Shown here: positions 1 to 13,133 of the stretch, in pieces
Layout of the letters: every line of letters begins with the position of its first letter
Numbering within the stretch: the stretch's first letter is position 1
Source of the DNA: Octopus sinensis
Taxonomy: Eukaryota
Direction: 5' to 3'
Length of the DNA stretch: 64,000 nucleotides
Assembly (NCBI RefSeq): GCF_006345805.1
Contig: NC_043004.1
Span: 42,284,001-42,348,000 of the forward strand
Program-made: the position numbers and the translations under genes
The notes under the pieces: generated by a model
Told to the model about the DNA's origin: nothing
Databases searched by the model: none
The model's input: the letters and a program-made list of their open reading frames with translations, nothing else

Positions 1-404
1 AAGTATGCATGCACACTTAAAATGAATGTGCATTCACATATGTATTAGTTGCACATGTAAAATATAATTCAGGGTTGGGGCGATATGGTTTAGAAATAAC
101 GCAGAAAATAAGGTCACAAATATAAACAATATATGTTAGGGATTGTTATAGAAATGGGAAAGCAATTCTGCGAATTAAATGTTTGGAAAACAAAGCAGCA
201 AAAAAAAAAAAAAAAACAAACAATTTGCAAACAGCGAGTAGTTAGCGATAAGAAACCTACATGGAAACATACCGTATTACACACATGTGGATCTCTCGCA
301 ACTGATGAGGTAAAAATCAATATTTTTTAAATTTCAAATAGATAAAGAAACGTTGGTGTTTTGTTGAAGAAAAGGGATGTAATTAATGGAATTTATCCCA
401 CCCA

Positions 405-606
405 GTTCACTTATCGCGGTTTATTACTCAAGCTTAGATCGATTCCTCCGTGGTGTTGTTTCACATTGATAATAAAATAAATATATACAAATTATAAAAA
501 TAATTAAAAAATACAGTACAGTACTGTTTCTACTTCGCGGATTTTCACCTATCGCGGAGGGATGGGGTTTGGAGCGTAACACCCGCAATAGTCGAGAGAT
601 TACTAT
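405..606 (+). mobile_element. Right end of a Tigger/pogo-like non-autonomous DNA transposon relic
   Basis: Repeated ttcacttatcgcgg / ttcacctatcgcgg and terminal cccgcaatagtcgagagattacta-ta resemble pogo/Tigger subterminal repeats and TIR ending at TA; no left end found. Confidence 0.4.
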
Positions 607-1185
607 AAAACGTTTTTTGATATTAATTGCCCAGGGCTAATACCTTGCTGTACACTAGTTGCCATGAGGAAAGTGATAATGTAAGGAGATACCATATATT
701 ATGATACGGCAACTGCAGCGACTAAAGAGATATGAAAGTTTATGGACATTGTATTTGAAGTTTGAGTTATTTTTAGAATTTACGCAGCCAACATATTCTT
801 CCTTTAGCCTAAAACCCCGTTATTAAGTTCACGAGCAATACAATAGATAAAGTTTGTAGTGAAGTGCTTGAGGTTGACAGTGACATTGGAAGTGGGATTT
901 CGTACCGATTGTGTTGAAAGGTGTAAAGAGTTGAGTATAGTATCATGGCTGAAAACATTCAAGAAGTACTATTACTATTACTGTTTTACTATTTTACTTG
1001 TTTCAGTTAATTGACTGTGGCCATGCTGGAGCACCGCTTTTAGTCGAGCAAATCCACCCCGGGACTTATTCTTTGTAAGCCTAGTACTTATTCTATCGGT
1101 CGCTTTTGCCAAACCGCTAAGTTACAGTGACGTGAACACACCAGCATCGGTTTTCAAGCGATGTCGGGGGAGGGGAACAAACACA

Positions 1186-1237
<52 letters not shown>

Positions 1238-1257
1238 ACATATATATATATATATAT

Positions 1258-1472
1258 ATCGCCATGTTGATTCGCTAGCCTCTGCACGCATTTTGTTTCT
1301 CTACTTGTTTCTTTCTGTGTTTCTTTTCTGTGTATCTTTCTGTTGAAGAGCGTAGGCTCGAAACGTAAAAGACTTGTTTTACTTATATTCCTGAGCGCCA
1401 TACTAATACAATTGTTTGTTTGTATTCCACCTGCCTTCGTCTTTTGTTTATTTTCATAAAGCTTCCCGTTAT
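1258..1472 (+). mobile_element. PLE pseudo-LTR-like repeat carrying a variant hammerhead motif (copy A)
   Basis: Homologous to 11463-11695(-), 31436-31635(-) and 57260-57450(+); sits inside the internal microsatellite of a SINE. Confidence 0.7.
1335..1372 (+). ncRNA. Minimal type I hammerhead-like motif with CUGUUGA core
   Basis: TCTTT-CTGTTGA-A-GAGC-GTAG-GCTC-GAAA-C-GTA-AAAGA: stem I TCTTT/AAAGA, stem II GAGC/GCTC, palindromic ACGT stem III. Confidence 0.6.
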
Positions 1473-1882
1473 ATATATATATATACATATATATGACGGG
1501 GTTCTTTTTGTTTCCGTCTACCAAATCCATTCACAAGACTTTAGTCGACCCGAGGCTTTAGTAGAAGACACTTGCCCAATGTGCCACGCAGTGGGACTGA
1601 ACCCGGAACCATGTGGTTCGTAAACAAGCTACTTACCACACAGCCACACCTACGCCTAGTGCATAGCTACACAGCCACTCCTACGCCTAAGTACAGTTCA
1701 AATTAAGTCGATTTTAACATAGGTCCTCAACAAAATCATATATTTTCAAGGGTGAAGTTTGCGAAAGTTCTGATGATTTCCCGTACAGAGAAAGTGAAAG
1801 TTGCTGAAGATAATGAGTCGTAAAACATAAATTTTGGAGGGAAAGTAAGAAAAAGGAATTGATTCCGAAGGTGCACGCGCGT

Positions 1883-2070
1883 TTGACTGTGTGCGTGTGT
1901 GTATGTGTAACTGTATGAACTTGTGCGTATGTGACTATGTGTGCGTGCGTGTATGTGACTGTATGTACGTGCCCATGTGTAACTGTGTGTGCGTGCGTGA
2001 CCGTATGTGCGTGCGTGACCGTATGTGCGTGCGTGACCGTATGTGCGTGCGTGACCGTATGTGCGTGCGT
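1883..2070. repeat. 18-bp minisatellite (gtgaccgtatgtgcgtgc)n, about 10 units
   Basis: Last four units are identical, earlier ones diverged; source of the THAHTV ORF artefact. Confidence 0.9.
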
Positions 2071-2349
2071 TAGCAATACAATGTTTATGAAGTTAACCCT
2101 GGTCCCAATTTACAGATAAAATCTCTAAGTGGAAGAATAAACTCATGCAAGATTTCTCTTAAAATTTATATGCGAATTTTCGTTGTTTTTATTCAAATTG
2201 CAGGGCTAGAGCTTTCATTATTTGTTAGGAATTAGATTTTTTTCTTCTCCGGACAATTCTAAATCATGAAGAATAATGACGTACATAAATGCATATGCAA
2301 TTATGTATGATATTTTAAAGAAATACACATTGCTTTCTTTAGGCTCGAG

Positions 2350-2730
2350 TCGATGAATGTGTTAACACAAGGTGATAGAATTAACGAAGTCAAAATAAGC
2401 GAATATGCAGTACTGTTTCGTGCATGATCACAATCAATGAAACAATTAAAAGACAGTATGTCCAATTTTTTAAATTTATTGTGACAGCTATCGACATGTG
2501 TGGAAGCTAAATTGATGTCAATAAAGACTCGGGTGGTTGAAACTAGAAATGTGAGGCTTTCTTGTCCACTCATTCTTTTCCCATCCATTTGGTAATAAGT
2601 TCTTACTTTACTCAATACAAAAGCATGAAAAGAAAATTGTGGAAAAGACTGGTTTAAGCAATCTACAGAACTTAGTGTGAATGCTCTAAATCAACAGATA
2701 GCTTTTCTAGGTAGCAGATTGGATACTAAG
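2350..2730 (+). pseudogene. Possible highly decayed LINE reverse transcriptase relic (L1/Tx1-like)
   Basis: Translation RINEVKISEYAVLFRA...KLMSIKTRV resembles the IKISQYADDTVLF...KVNxxKT region with the DD lost; many stops. Confidence 0.25.
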
Positions 2731-3884
2731 TTGAAAAAAGTTACAACAGTAAATTTCTAATGGAAAGGCATGAAAACCTCGTGTCTCGGTTCTATTTCTC
2801 TATCAACTTATTAATTTTGTTATAATAAAAATCATTACTACTAATCAATGTAAGATAGTAAAAACACAGCCTTAAAAATATCACTCGCAGTAAGATAGTT
2901 AAAAGATATGAAGCAGACTGTTTTAAAATGTAGAATGGCGTTCCTGTTTATTACGTTACTATGACATCAAAACAATATAAGATGTTTATGCTCGGAAATT
3001 TCAAAGTAACATCACTAAAACAGAAGCATTAATGATTGCAGTTTGAAAAATGCGAAATTTGCAGGTTGTTTGATATTTTTATTATATAATAATATGATAA
3101 TAGGAGTTCTCATGAAAAAGTCGATTTTGTGAGAAGAGTTATAAACAAGAACGGAAGATTGAGATAATAAAACCACCTATCATTGCTGGCAAGTTAAGCC
3201 TGTCTGTCTGGTTATTGTAATACGAACACAGAGATAGACGAACAGATACATTAAACAGTAAAAGGATTGGTGCGGGTAAACACACACGCCCACACATATA
3301 TTAAGTGGGACACTAACGCAGCGAAATTTAAATCAGATTAATAAACACGGTTACAATAATATTCTTTATCCTTTACACTTTAACTAGCTTCAACTCGAAA
3401 GTTGCGGCCATGCTGGGACACCACTGTTAGAATGTATATAAATAGTTATATGTTTATAAATATCTATTTTCTTTTGGTGTGAATACAGATACTATAGACA
3501 ACCAAGTCAGGAGGAAGTATAGAAACAACTCATTTTGGATTGCATGAAACTCTTGTCAGGTGTTAATTATAAGAGGCAGATGTGGTAATTACACTTTTTC
3601 TTGGGGCGGCAGTGAATTGATAGTATTTACATTACGAAGTTATAATTTTATGAATTAAAATATTCACAAAATCCAAAATTGTTTATGTGTGCATATTCAG
3701 ACGGAGTTTGCATTTTTCAATAAATATATTCTCTTTATTTAATCGCTGTTGCCTAGATATATTTTCGTGCTTTTGGAAAACGGGAAAAACAGAGAAATTT
3801 GATTGGAGATTCTCTGCACATCTCTGTGTGTGTTCACTTATATACAAAGTACATACTAAGTTATACACTTATATACAAAGTTTT

Positions 3885-4250
3885 CTTGTTCAGGAAATGG
3901 AACCATGTTATGACTTCACCAATACAGGACAATAAGTTGACGTTCAATTTCTCCTTGACGATTGGTATTATTTTATCCAGAATGTTCTTGCTTATCCTTC
4001 CCTGGTCAGGTTTGGTTGGGCCTATGAGGCGTAGAGATAGTTTTGCTATAAAGTCCTTCTTATGATCCTTAAAGTTGAAGTGTAGCTATGTAGGGCAGTA
4101 GGGTTCTATGCGATCATCCACGTGCAGCTTTCTTTGGTTGGTGTTAATATTGGTCACGGGCAGATGCCGGTGTCAATTTATATGATTTGTATAGTTCATT
4201 CCTGATGAATTTCGTGTATTCCTCGATAATAATAGGATACATGTTTCCCG
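3885..4250 (-). pseudogene. Penelope-like element reverse transcriptase fragment
   Basis: Minus-strand translation FKDHKKDFIAKLSLRLIGPTKPDQGRISKNILDKIIPIVKEKLNVNLLSCIGEVITWF matches the KDHK..RLINPxK..GRISK.ILD..WF block of PLE RTs. Confidence 0.75.
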
Positions 4251-5219
4251 TTTTATCTGAGAAGACGTGCAATTTAGGTGATGAAACGACCGTTTTAAAG
4301 TTTTGGAAAATTTTTAGAAAATGGCTTTATATTTATTGTTGTATTTCGGGATGGTCATTTTTTGCCAATAAACATATGTACAATATATATTTTTTCTTCA
4401 CCCGTTTATTATTGTTTTATTATATTATTTTAGCTCATGTCCATTATCCTGAAATTTTTCGTCACACATCTGTGACTTCTTCAGCGTCACTTCGTTTACG
4501 TGTGTGTTCTTATGTGCGCATGTGTTTGTGTCCTTCTTTGTGTGTGTATGTGTGTGTATGCTTGTGTGTGTGTCATAGTTTTTAGCAGCATTGTCGCCTT
4601 CCCCTTAGCAGCCCCATCCTCTCATCCCCATTGTACAGCTGCTGTCCTAAGACCCTAAAATATGTTACAGTTCCCGTATACTCCTCTCTATGTGTGTTCG
4701 CCCACAATGCGGACATCGTGGCAGTTGTTGTTGCTGTTATTGCAATTGTTTTCACCACCGCTGATGCTGTCTTTGTTAATCGTATTGTTATCATTGTTGT
4801 GGCCGTCCGTGAAATTTCTTGTGTGTATGGGTTCGCTTCGTATGTTATGTGTATCCCTGCCCTTTATATAGACATATCTATTTATATTATCTATTCCTAT
4901 ATCTTACATTCATCTCAGGTATGTGAAAAATATACTTCTATATTTGTTTATTTATCTCTTTATTTATTTATTTATTTATAAATCTATCTCTGTTTCTCAT
5001 AAGTATCACAGGTAAGTGCAAATATGTCTTTTGTGTGTGTATTATTAACGAGTTTTTGTTTTTCTTTGTTTTTCTTCTCTATTTTCATCCCTTCTGTCTT
5101 TCCATTTCCTGGCTGTTTTCACATGTTGCAGATTACGCCTGAGTTCTATATCCTTCTACTCCCTCAACATCATCACCATTCGTGCTTTCTCTACTTTATA
5201 AGTTTCGACTACTGATGTC

Positions 5220-5700
5220 AGTGGTAACTGCAACAAACCTCTTTGACGATGGAGAGCTGTTCAATATTCGTGATAGGCCAAGCGACTTTGTGACGAACAC
5301 ATCGCACTTTGCTCAATGATTTGTACATGTGAGAGTGCCACGTCGTATATTAAAAGCGGCTACAAATGGTGTGGATATAAACCACATTGTAAGCACCATA
5401 TTTTTTATTTCGCTGGTAGCAATTAGCCATCAATTATTGTTAGTCTATCCTCTTCTTGTTCATAGTCTACATCCTGCGACTCCTATCTGATAATGTTCCA
5501 GCGTAAGCACACCCTAAGCTCTTAACAGTTACTTCCTTGACTACAGGAATACTTTTCCCTGCTATTTTAACGTTTACTTGTTTTTGCACTCCCCTTATAT
5601 ATATCAGACTATGCGGCATTTTTATTCTGAATCACATTATAACTAGAAGGACTCGATTTTTAGTACTCACAGTAGCTCGATTCCTATCATCAGCTGAACC
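5220..5700 (-). pseudogene. Hero-like (restriction-like endonuclease) non-LTR retrotransposon relic
   Basis: Minus-strand HSLIYIRGVQKQVNVKIAGKSIPVVKEVTVKSLG...KIWCLQCGLYP resembles the Hero-clade SRSLV..G....IAGE.IPTV.E.PVKSLG...KVWCLQFGL.P segment. Confidence 0.5.
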
Positions 5701-5754
5701 GAACCTGCTTTTCTGTGGAATATCCGCTACTATCAGAGTCACTTTTTAAGTATA

Positions 5755-5992
5755 TTCTTTACTCTTTTTACTCTTTTACTTGCTTCAATCATGTGACTGT
5801 GGCCATGCTGGTGCACCGCATTTATTCGAGCAAATCGACCCCAGGACTTATTCTATGTAAGCCTAGTACTTATTCTATCGTACTCTTTTGCCGAACCGCT
5901 AAGTTACGGGGACGTAAAAACGCCAGCATCAGTTGTAAAGCGATGTTGGGGGGACAAACACAGACACCAACATATACACACATACACACACA

Positions 5993-6069
<77 letters not shown>

Positions 6070-6240
6070 CATATATACGACGGGCTACTTTCAGTTTTCG
6101 TCTACCAAATCCACTCACAAGGCTTTGGCGGCCCGAGGCTATAGTAGAAGGCACTTGCCTAAGGTGCAAAGCAGTGGGAATCTACCCGGAACCATGTGGT
6201 TGGTAAGCCATCTACTTACCACCACATCCACTCCTACCCC
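5755..6240 (-). mobile_element. SINE family 1, full length
   Basis: Matches 10395-10790; (ttttactc)n tail; internal (CA)n(TA)n. Confidence 0.9.
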
Positions 6241-6722
6241 CAAGAAAGCCTCTGCTGGTAAACCAACACACACACATATATACACACACACCTATGTGTA
6301 TGCGTGTTTTTGTGTGTGTGTGTGTGTGTGTGTATGTGTGTACGTATACACCAAGCACACACACACACACACATATATGCACACGCCTACGTGATGAAAT
6401 ATTGAATAAGAATCTTGTATGAGATCTTTCGTTTAAATTTTTTCATGCTTCATGCTCACACTTTTCCGTTCATTTCTGCTTCTTGTGGTAATATTAGTAT
6501 AGACTTCATAAACACCATACATGAAATCACATTGCTGTTTATGCAATGTTCCAAAATAATAATTTTATATAAAACTTTTAATTAATACTTTTAATTAGTG
6601 TTTTTTATCATAATAAACTATGTGTAAGTATGAAGGTGTTCCTTTTGCATGCGCCTGCACAGACGCACACGTATACACAAATGAGCAACTCATAAACACG
6701 AATATATGTAAATATATATATA

Positions 6723-6890
6723 TATATAAATTAGAGATAAAACCACTATTAGGCAAATTAAACAATAAAAAACATAAACCAAAACATAAAAATAAACATA
6801 ATTTAATTTATATTTATACTGTGAAATTGTATTTATTCCTAAATCTAATTTTTCCCTGTAAGTTTGGATTTACTCCCTAATATTATTATA
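6723..6890. repeat. AT-rich dispersed repeat (probable PLE terminal fragment) also present at 56370-56520
   Basis: Shared tatttatactgtgaaatt...cctaaatctaatttttccctgtaagtttggat.tactccct; first half is inverted between the two copies. Confidence 0.7.
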
Positions 6891-7494
6891 TATATATATA
6901 TATATATTTATATACAGGATTATATGTCCATATATACATATATGCATACATGCCTACATCTACACACATAACTATACAATTATACTCACGCAAATACACA
7001 CAACCATGCATATAAAAAGCTATTATGTAAACAGTCAAAAACAGCTTTTCCTGAACAACAACGAAATATAAGCAGGGTCGGTTTACAAGCTGATGATAGC
7101 AAACTAGCAACTACAAGTACTGGATATAGGAACTTTTCAGCTATAATATATTACACACTGTACATTTGTATTGAGTCCAGTAATTGTATTGCTTCTGGTG
7201 GTGAACCAATACACACTCACACACATACACACGCACACACACAGACACACACACACACACACACATATATATGTACACACAAACTCACATAATATATATT
7301 TTCATATATATGTGTGCGTGTTTGTATTTCTATATAGGTGTGTGTATGTGTTTTTGTTTCCTTCCACCTCGCAAAACTTAGCGTTTCGGCAAATGATACT
7401 GATAGAACAATATCAGACATATAGATTAGTACTGGGTTCGCGTTTGTCGGACAAATAATACACAGCAGCGCCCAAGACAGAAAAAAAAATGATA

Positions 7495-7684
7495 TACAAG
7501 TGGGTGCTGAAAGTTCCTGGTCGATCGCTGCTGCAGAGGCCCGAATGGGGGTGCAGCCTTCCGAGTTCATTTTCGTTTGTGAATCTGAGAGTGGAATATG
7601 TTGAATTTTTAACTGATCATAATTTACTGAACCTTCTGTATTTTCTTTCACCCAAAACCAGGAACTTCTAAGTACCCCATCATA
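7495..7684. mobile_element. Mariner-derived MITE
   Basis: Imperfect TIRs ta-caagtgggtgctgaaagttcctgg ... ccaggaacttctaagtaccccatca-ta with TA flanks. Confidence 0.65.
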
Positions 7685-8504
7685 CATATAGAAATGTTGG
7701 CATTGACTGCACTAGATAGGGTATCAGAGAGGAAAGAAATTCGCTGAGTGAGTCAATCAAATTTCAAGCATTTCGTATTAAGTAATGAAAATCAAACAGC
7801 AACCAAAGAAAGAAAACCATTATACAAAAATGAGAGCGTTTATTGATATGAATAGTTTCTTAAAGTGGCTAGTCTCGGTATAGCACGATTATACATGAAC
7901 CAAACGACGTTAATAAGTCTTCTCCACACGAAACGACATATGTCTACCGTAACAAAGAAAGTGTCGTCATGTATCTACATTGTCTTCGACTGAGAATAGA
8001 CATTTATAGTTTTCTTAACAGCTACAAACTATCAGCTGGTCTTCAAAATCATAATCGCTTTGCACTTTATTAACTGGCAGTGCTGATAAAAATTATTGAA
8101 TAGTTTTTCTGTATACTCACAGTTTGATACACGCACACAAGCAACTGCATATATATTCACCAATTTCACCGGCAAATGACTTTGTGACACTCGGGTTATA
8201 GTAAAAGACAGTTTCCTAAGGTTGAACATAGTTGGACCTAATCCAAATTGACGTGCTTGCGAATCGAACTTTTTAAATACACAGTCTAGTATATCAATTC
8301 CTTAGGTAAACTATACGTGATATTCGGTCAAATATTTCAATCAAAATAACTTTTTAAACCAATTATAAGTCTTAATAGTCTTGCCATATAAAATTACAGG
8401 TAGGGTTGGAAACTGAATTTGAAATTTACGCTACTTCAACCGATTAGGCTGAACATTGCAATGACGTGAAATACGAGCAGAGGAAAAATAAACATGCAGA
8501 AATG

Positions 8505-8534
8505 CACACACACACACACACACAGACACACACT

Positions 8535-8606
<72 letters not shown>

Positions 8607-8620
8607 TACACACACACATA
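8505..8620. repeat. (CA)n microsatellite
   Basis: Direct reading. Confidence 0.95.
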
Positions 8621-9309
8621 AATGTATATATACGTGCATGCGTTTTGCACCTCCCATTCTATGGTTAGTGTACATGATACATTGACCTAGCTTCTTTGCT
8701 ACTATACTTTCTTTGGAAATCGTTAGATTTACCTGAAAATATTCTTAATTTGAAATCCATGACGGAATAGCACGTTGATCAAATTGTTTCCAGCATAAAG
8801 CAGTCGATCAATTGGACGTATGTTTTCAAGAGATTATTTGAAGCGTTAGTTCAAAAGAAATGGAATCGTATTATATTATCCTACTAGTTGAGAGCCTTAT
8901 GCTTGCCAAGAGATAAATAACAAAACAGGATGCGCATTTAAACAGCACTTTGTATTAACAATATTGAATCAAATATAAATATGGATGTTGGGTAGTAAAA
9001 ACGCATTCCGCCACTTTTCGCGGTACATCGCTTTATTTCAGCCAGAAAATGATTAAATAAAACGAAATTTAGCATTGATAAATATATAAAGTTTCCAAAT
9101 TAACAGAATGAAATGAGCGTTACAACTGTCATCTAATGAGCACTCATTGTGATTTCCGCCCCAACAGAACTTAACGAAGAGGAAGAACCCAGGATGAAGT
9201 TATTTAATTATCATCAATCATCATTAAAGATAAACACGTCTAACTCCTCACTATCTACATTTCTGTATCTGTGTATGTATCTATGTATGTATATATAGAG
9301 AGAAATGTA

Positions 9310-9376
<67 letters not shown>

Positions 9377-10069
9377 ATGTATGTATGTATGTATGTATGT
9401 ATGTAGTATGTATGTATGTATGTATGTATGTATGTATGTATACATATGAAAGGAAGAATGAAAAAGAGACAAAAAGAGACAGCGGGGGAATTATAAAAAA
9501 CTGTCTCAATATATCCTTTGATAATACAAGATGTGTGCTTTATTCAAAATATCTACGTATGATAAAATAAATCTAATATATAAGAACATACACGCAAGTA
9601 CTATTGTAAACACGGAAGTTAATAATACCATATACTTTAAGATCAGACATACATTATTGTTAATCTACTGTTTATATCGTGCAAATCTAGCATCTGAATA
9701 TAAGTTTCATCGTGTACTCAGAATTACAAACAGGTTCACACTAGATAAATTTACGAAAAAATCCCATGGAACGTGTTTGTAAATTATTGTTAACACAAAT
9801 ATTTAGATTACATGTTTGTTATTTATTGAACTCTAGAAATGAATAAATATGTTATTTACAGAATAGCTATTGAATACTTATTGTATATAAATATAATGTT
9901 GTTACTTTACCAATATTAGTTTATGATATTAGATGCATCATTATATTCAATGTAGGCTGTATTTACAAGTGATTTCATAGTATTAGAGTAAAACAAAAAT
10001 ATACAGCGGTCTACAGTGTTAGAATATGTGTAAAAAGAAATCAAACATCTTCTCCACTTGAGAAAGACA

Positions 10070-10205
10070 CTACCGGGTTTCCTGCAGCACCAAGGTCGGG
10101 CTGCCGGTCAAGATCAACGCGGCGTCCGAAGATAATCCCAGAGACTCAGTGAGAAACGCGTGCGCCAGATTGCCGAGCCACTTTGAGATTGCCGTATCAG
10201 CTTAC
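10070..10205 (+). pseudogene. Tc1/mariner transposase C-terminal relic
   Basis: STKVGLPVKINAASEDNPRDSVRNACARLPSHFEIAVSA resembles the TK..L..KI..AF..L.R..V..AC.RF..RLE.VV.A tail. Confidence 0.45.
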
Positions 10206-10394
10206 TGTCGTAAAACAAAAATTCTATAACCTGGAGGACCTTAAAGAAATATTATCCTTCCAGAATTAGACCTCCGAGGGTATAATAAGTATAACAAGAC
10301 GTAATAAACCAAGAATCAGGAAACCAAGAAACCTAGGAACCAATTTGAAACAAGAGAACGATTTACGGTCAACAAGTACATCAAAAGTATACAT

Positions 10395-10790
10395 AGGCGC
10401 AGGAGTGGCTGTGTGGTAAGTAGCTTGCTTACCAACCACATGGTTCCGGGTTCAGTCCCACTGCGTGGCATCTTGGGCAAGTGTCTTCTGCTATAGCCCC
10501 GGGCCGACCAATGCCTTGTGAGTGGATTTGGTAGACGGAAACTGAAAGAAGCCTGTCGTATATATATATATATGTATGTGTGTGTTTGTGTGTCTGTGTT
10601 TGTCCCCCTAGCATTGCTTGACAACCGATGCTGGTGTGTTTACGTCTCCGTCACTTAGCGGTTCGGCAAAAAGAGACCGATAGAATAAGTACTGGGCTTA
10701 CAAAAAGGATACGTCCCGGGGTCGAGTTGCTCGACTAAAGGCGGTGCTCCAGCATGGCCGCAGTCAAATGACTGAAACAAGTAAAAAAAA
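10395..10790 (+). mobile_element. SINE family 1, full-length reference copy (tRNA head, CORE-like body, internal TA/GT microsatellite)
   Basis: A-box-like tggctgtgtggt, B-box-like ggttcagtccc, CORE-like cttgggcaagtgtctt, 3' end ccagcatggccgcagtcaaatgactgaaacaagtaaaa; many homologues in the window. Confidence 0.92.
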
Positions 10791-11462
10791 GAAATTAAAA
10801 AAAATATCATCTCTAGATATTATGCTTGCTAAACCTGAGCATTACCAATTAAACGCATAATCGCTGATATGAGAGTTGGTGTCTGAATGTTATTTTCATT
10901 GTGTTGTTGCCGCATGTCGTTTGAATATACACAACGACTTATAATCCGTTTATTTAAAGCTGTATATTTACAATTAGGCGAAATTTCTCTTGACGTACAT
11001 CCGTTAATGGGTAACTAAGAACGCAAAATTCAGTTATATAAAGTGAGATATTACAGAAGTACTTAAAACAAGAACGAAATTATAAAACCAAAGCCAATTT
11101 CTTAAAACCCACCATAAATCTCAAGCACAGGAATAGCATTAGGGTCAACACACACTCTGATACAGCATATTAGAATGCATAGGGAGATGACCGTATAAAA
11201 CTTAATAGACATGACCATAGATCGTCAGGTGATTATAGGTACTTGTGAAAGAAGCCTGTACAAGTGCTTGTTTATAGATTTGAAAAATGTTATCGAAACT
11301 TATGGAATTTTGTTGAATAGTGCATTTAAGCAAAAACAGTGTTTGAATTGCTCAGTGAATTTATGTTCCTAGAGTATCTTTACCCGCAAATTATCACAGA
11401 GTTGTACAAATTATAGAATCTATGGTCGAAGTTAGGATATATATATATATATATATATATTT

Positions 11463-11695
11463 AGAGAGAGTTTACGAAAAAAAAACAAAAGACGAAGACA
11501 GGTGGTGTACAAAACAAACAGGTGTATTAGTATAACGCTCAGGAATAGAAAAAAGTCTTTTACGTTTCGAGCCTACGCTCGTCTACAGAAAGGGACACTG
11601 TAAAAACAAGGAGAGAAACAAGAAGAGAGAAAAAGGAGAGAAAAAAACAAGGAGAAAAAATGTGTGTAGTGGCTAACGATCTATCATGGCGACTA
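11463..11695 (-). mobile_element. PLE pseudo-LTR-like repeat, copy B (variant hammerhead at 11556-11593, core CUGUAGA)
   Basis: Reverse complement ccctttCTGTAGAcgagcgtaggctcGAAAcgtaaaaga; flanked by TA-rich repeats. Confidence 0.7.
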
Positions 11696-11699
11696 TGTA

Positions 11700-12243
11700 T
11701 ATATGTATAGAGAGAGAATTGATAGAGGTTTATAAAGGTCACAGAGGGTACTGACTAGCACCGCTTTTGCTAAAGTTAAGAGTTAAAACAACTCAACAGG
11801 CACAAAAGCACTGCACTTTATGACTGATAAACAGAGGTAAGTCCCCAGAGTACATAGTCAGATCGACCACATTTCCGGGAGCACATCACACCTAACTTCT
11901 GGCCACCTAACTCCCCAGACTGCAACCTCTTGTTTATTATGTGCGGTGCGCAGCTGAGCGAGAGACCAACAAAACTCTTTGTAACACCAAAGATAAACAG
12001 AAGACAAATATGGCAGCACCCCACAACTAAATCAAGGAGGCCGTCCAGAAGAGTTGCAGGAGATTCCGAAGTCGTCTGGAGGAAGTGGTTAAAGCTAATG
12101 GTGATTTTATTGAATAAATTTTCCTGTTTAGTATTTCAAGATATTTTTCTGTAATTTTGGTAAATAGATGTGTTAAAATGAAATGTGAGCATTATTTTCA
12201 TTTTTGCATAATTTAGACGACACTTTATTCACCGCACCCTTTA
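11700..12243 (+). mobile_element. Tc1/mariner-superfamily internally deleted element with transposase C-terminus and right TIR
   Basis: PNFWPPNSPDCN..YYV...ERETNKT.CNTKD then CRRFRSRLEEVVKANGDFIE*; ends ttattcaccgcaccctttata before (TA)n. Confidence 0.75.
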
Positions 12244-12251
12244 TATATATA

Positions 12252-12307
<56 letters not shown>

Positions 12308-12392
12308 TATATATATACATAAGTGTGCGTATGTGTGTTTCTATCTATGTGTCTATCTATATATATATCTCTCTATGTGTCTATCTATCTAT

Positions 12393-12431
<39 letters not shown>

Positions 12432-12768
12432 ATGTCTGGTGTGTGTGTGTATATGTGATAAGGGGATTATGAATATGTGTTATTATGCACCTATGTGTAC
12501 GTGAACATGCAATTACTAAATATTGTTTAAAGGTGTCTTTGAACCTTTTATTGCCATGTTGACCTTTCTTTTAGAAACTACTGAGAATAGAAACGTTATG
12601 ATAAATTTCAAACGTTGGGTATCTTCGTGACTTTGAGCTAATAACCTTTCCTATTCTTCTTCCTCCGTGGCGTGGATATTAATGACTCTATGGAAAACTA
12701 ATAAATGAACGTATACTTATAACTGCTTAAATGCTATACGCTCTGTGTAAATCACCTTTTTACAGAAC

Positions 12769-12812
<44 letters not shown>

Positions 12813-12935
12813 CATTTATATATAATGAATGTATATATATACACTTATGTCTATAAGTGTGTATTGTCTGAAGGTTTCATACCAATCTGTAAGCTATGTA
12901 CAATGTAATATATAACATTGTGCATATATATACAT

Positions 12936-12972
<37 letters not shown>

Positions 12973-13079
12973 ATATATATATATATGCTTTCAAATGAAC
13001 ACACACACGCTCACATGCATATATATTTATATACATTCATGTGCACACATGGAAGCGTTCACACATTTGTGCATGCGCT

Positions 13080-13133
<54 letters not shown>

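Larger units (their letters stand above)
984..1658 (-). mobile_element. tRNA-derived SINE family 1 (CORE-like), interrupted by a hammerhead-bearing insert at 1258-1472
   Basis: Reverse complement of the full copy at 10395-10790; 5' head acacagccactcctacgcct is repeated again at about 1669-1688. Confidence 0.9.

Noticed and set aside
1714-2119. His/Cys-rich repeat protein
   Set aside because: Product of an 18-bp GT-derived minisatellite
4255-4300. Hammerhead next to the PLE RT fragment (ctgagaaga...gaaacgaccgtt)
   Set aside because: Core has extra bases and stem II does not pair convincingly
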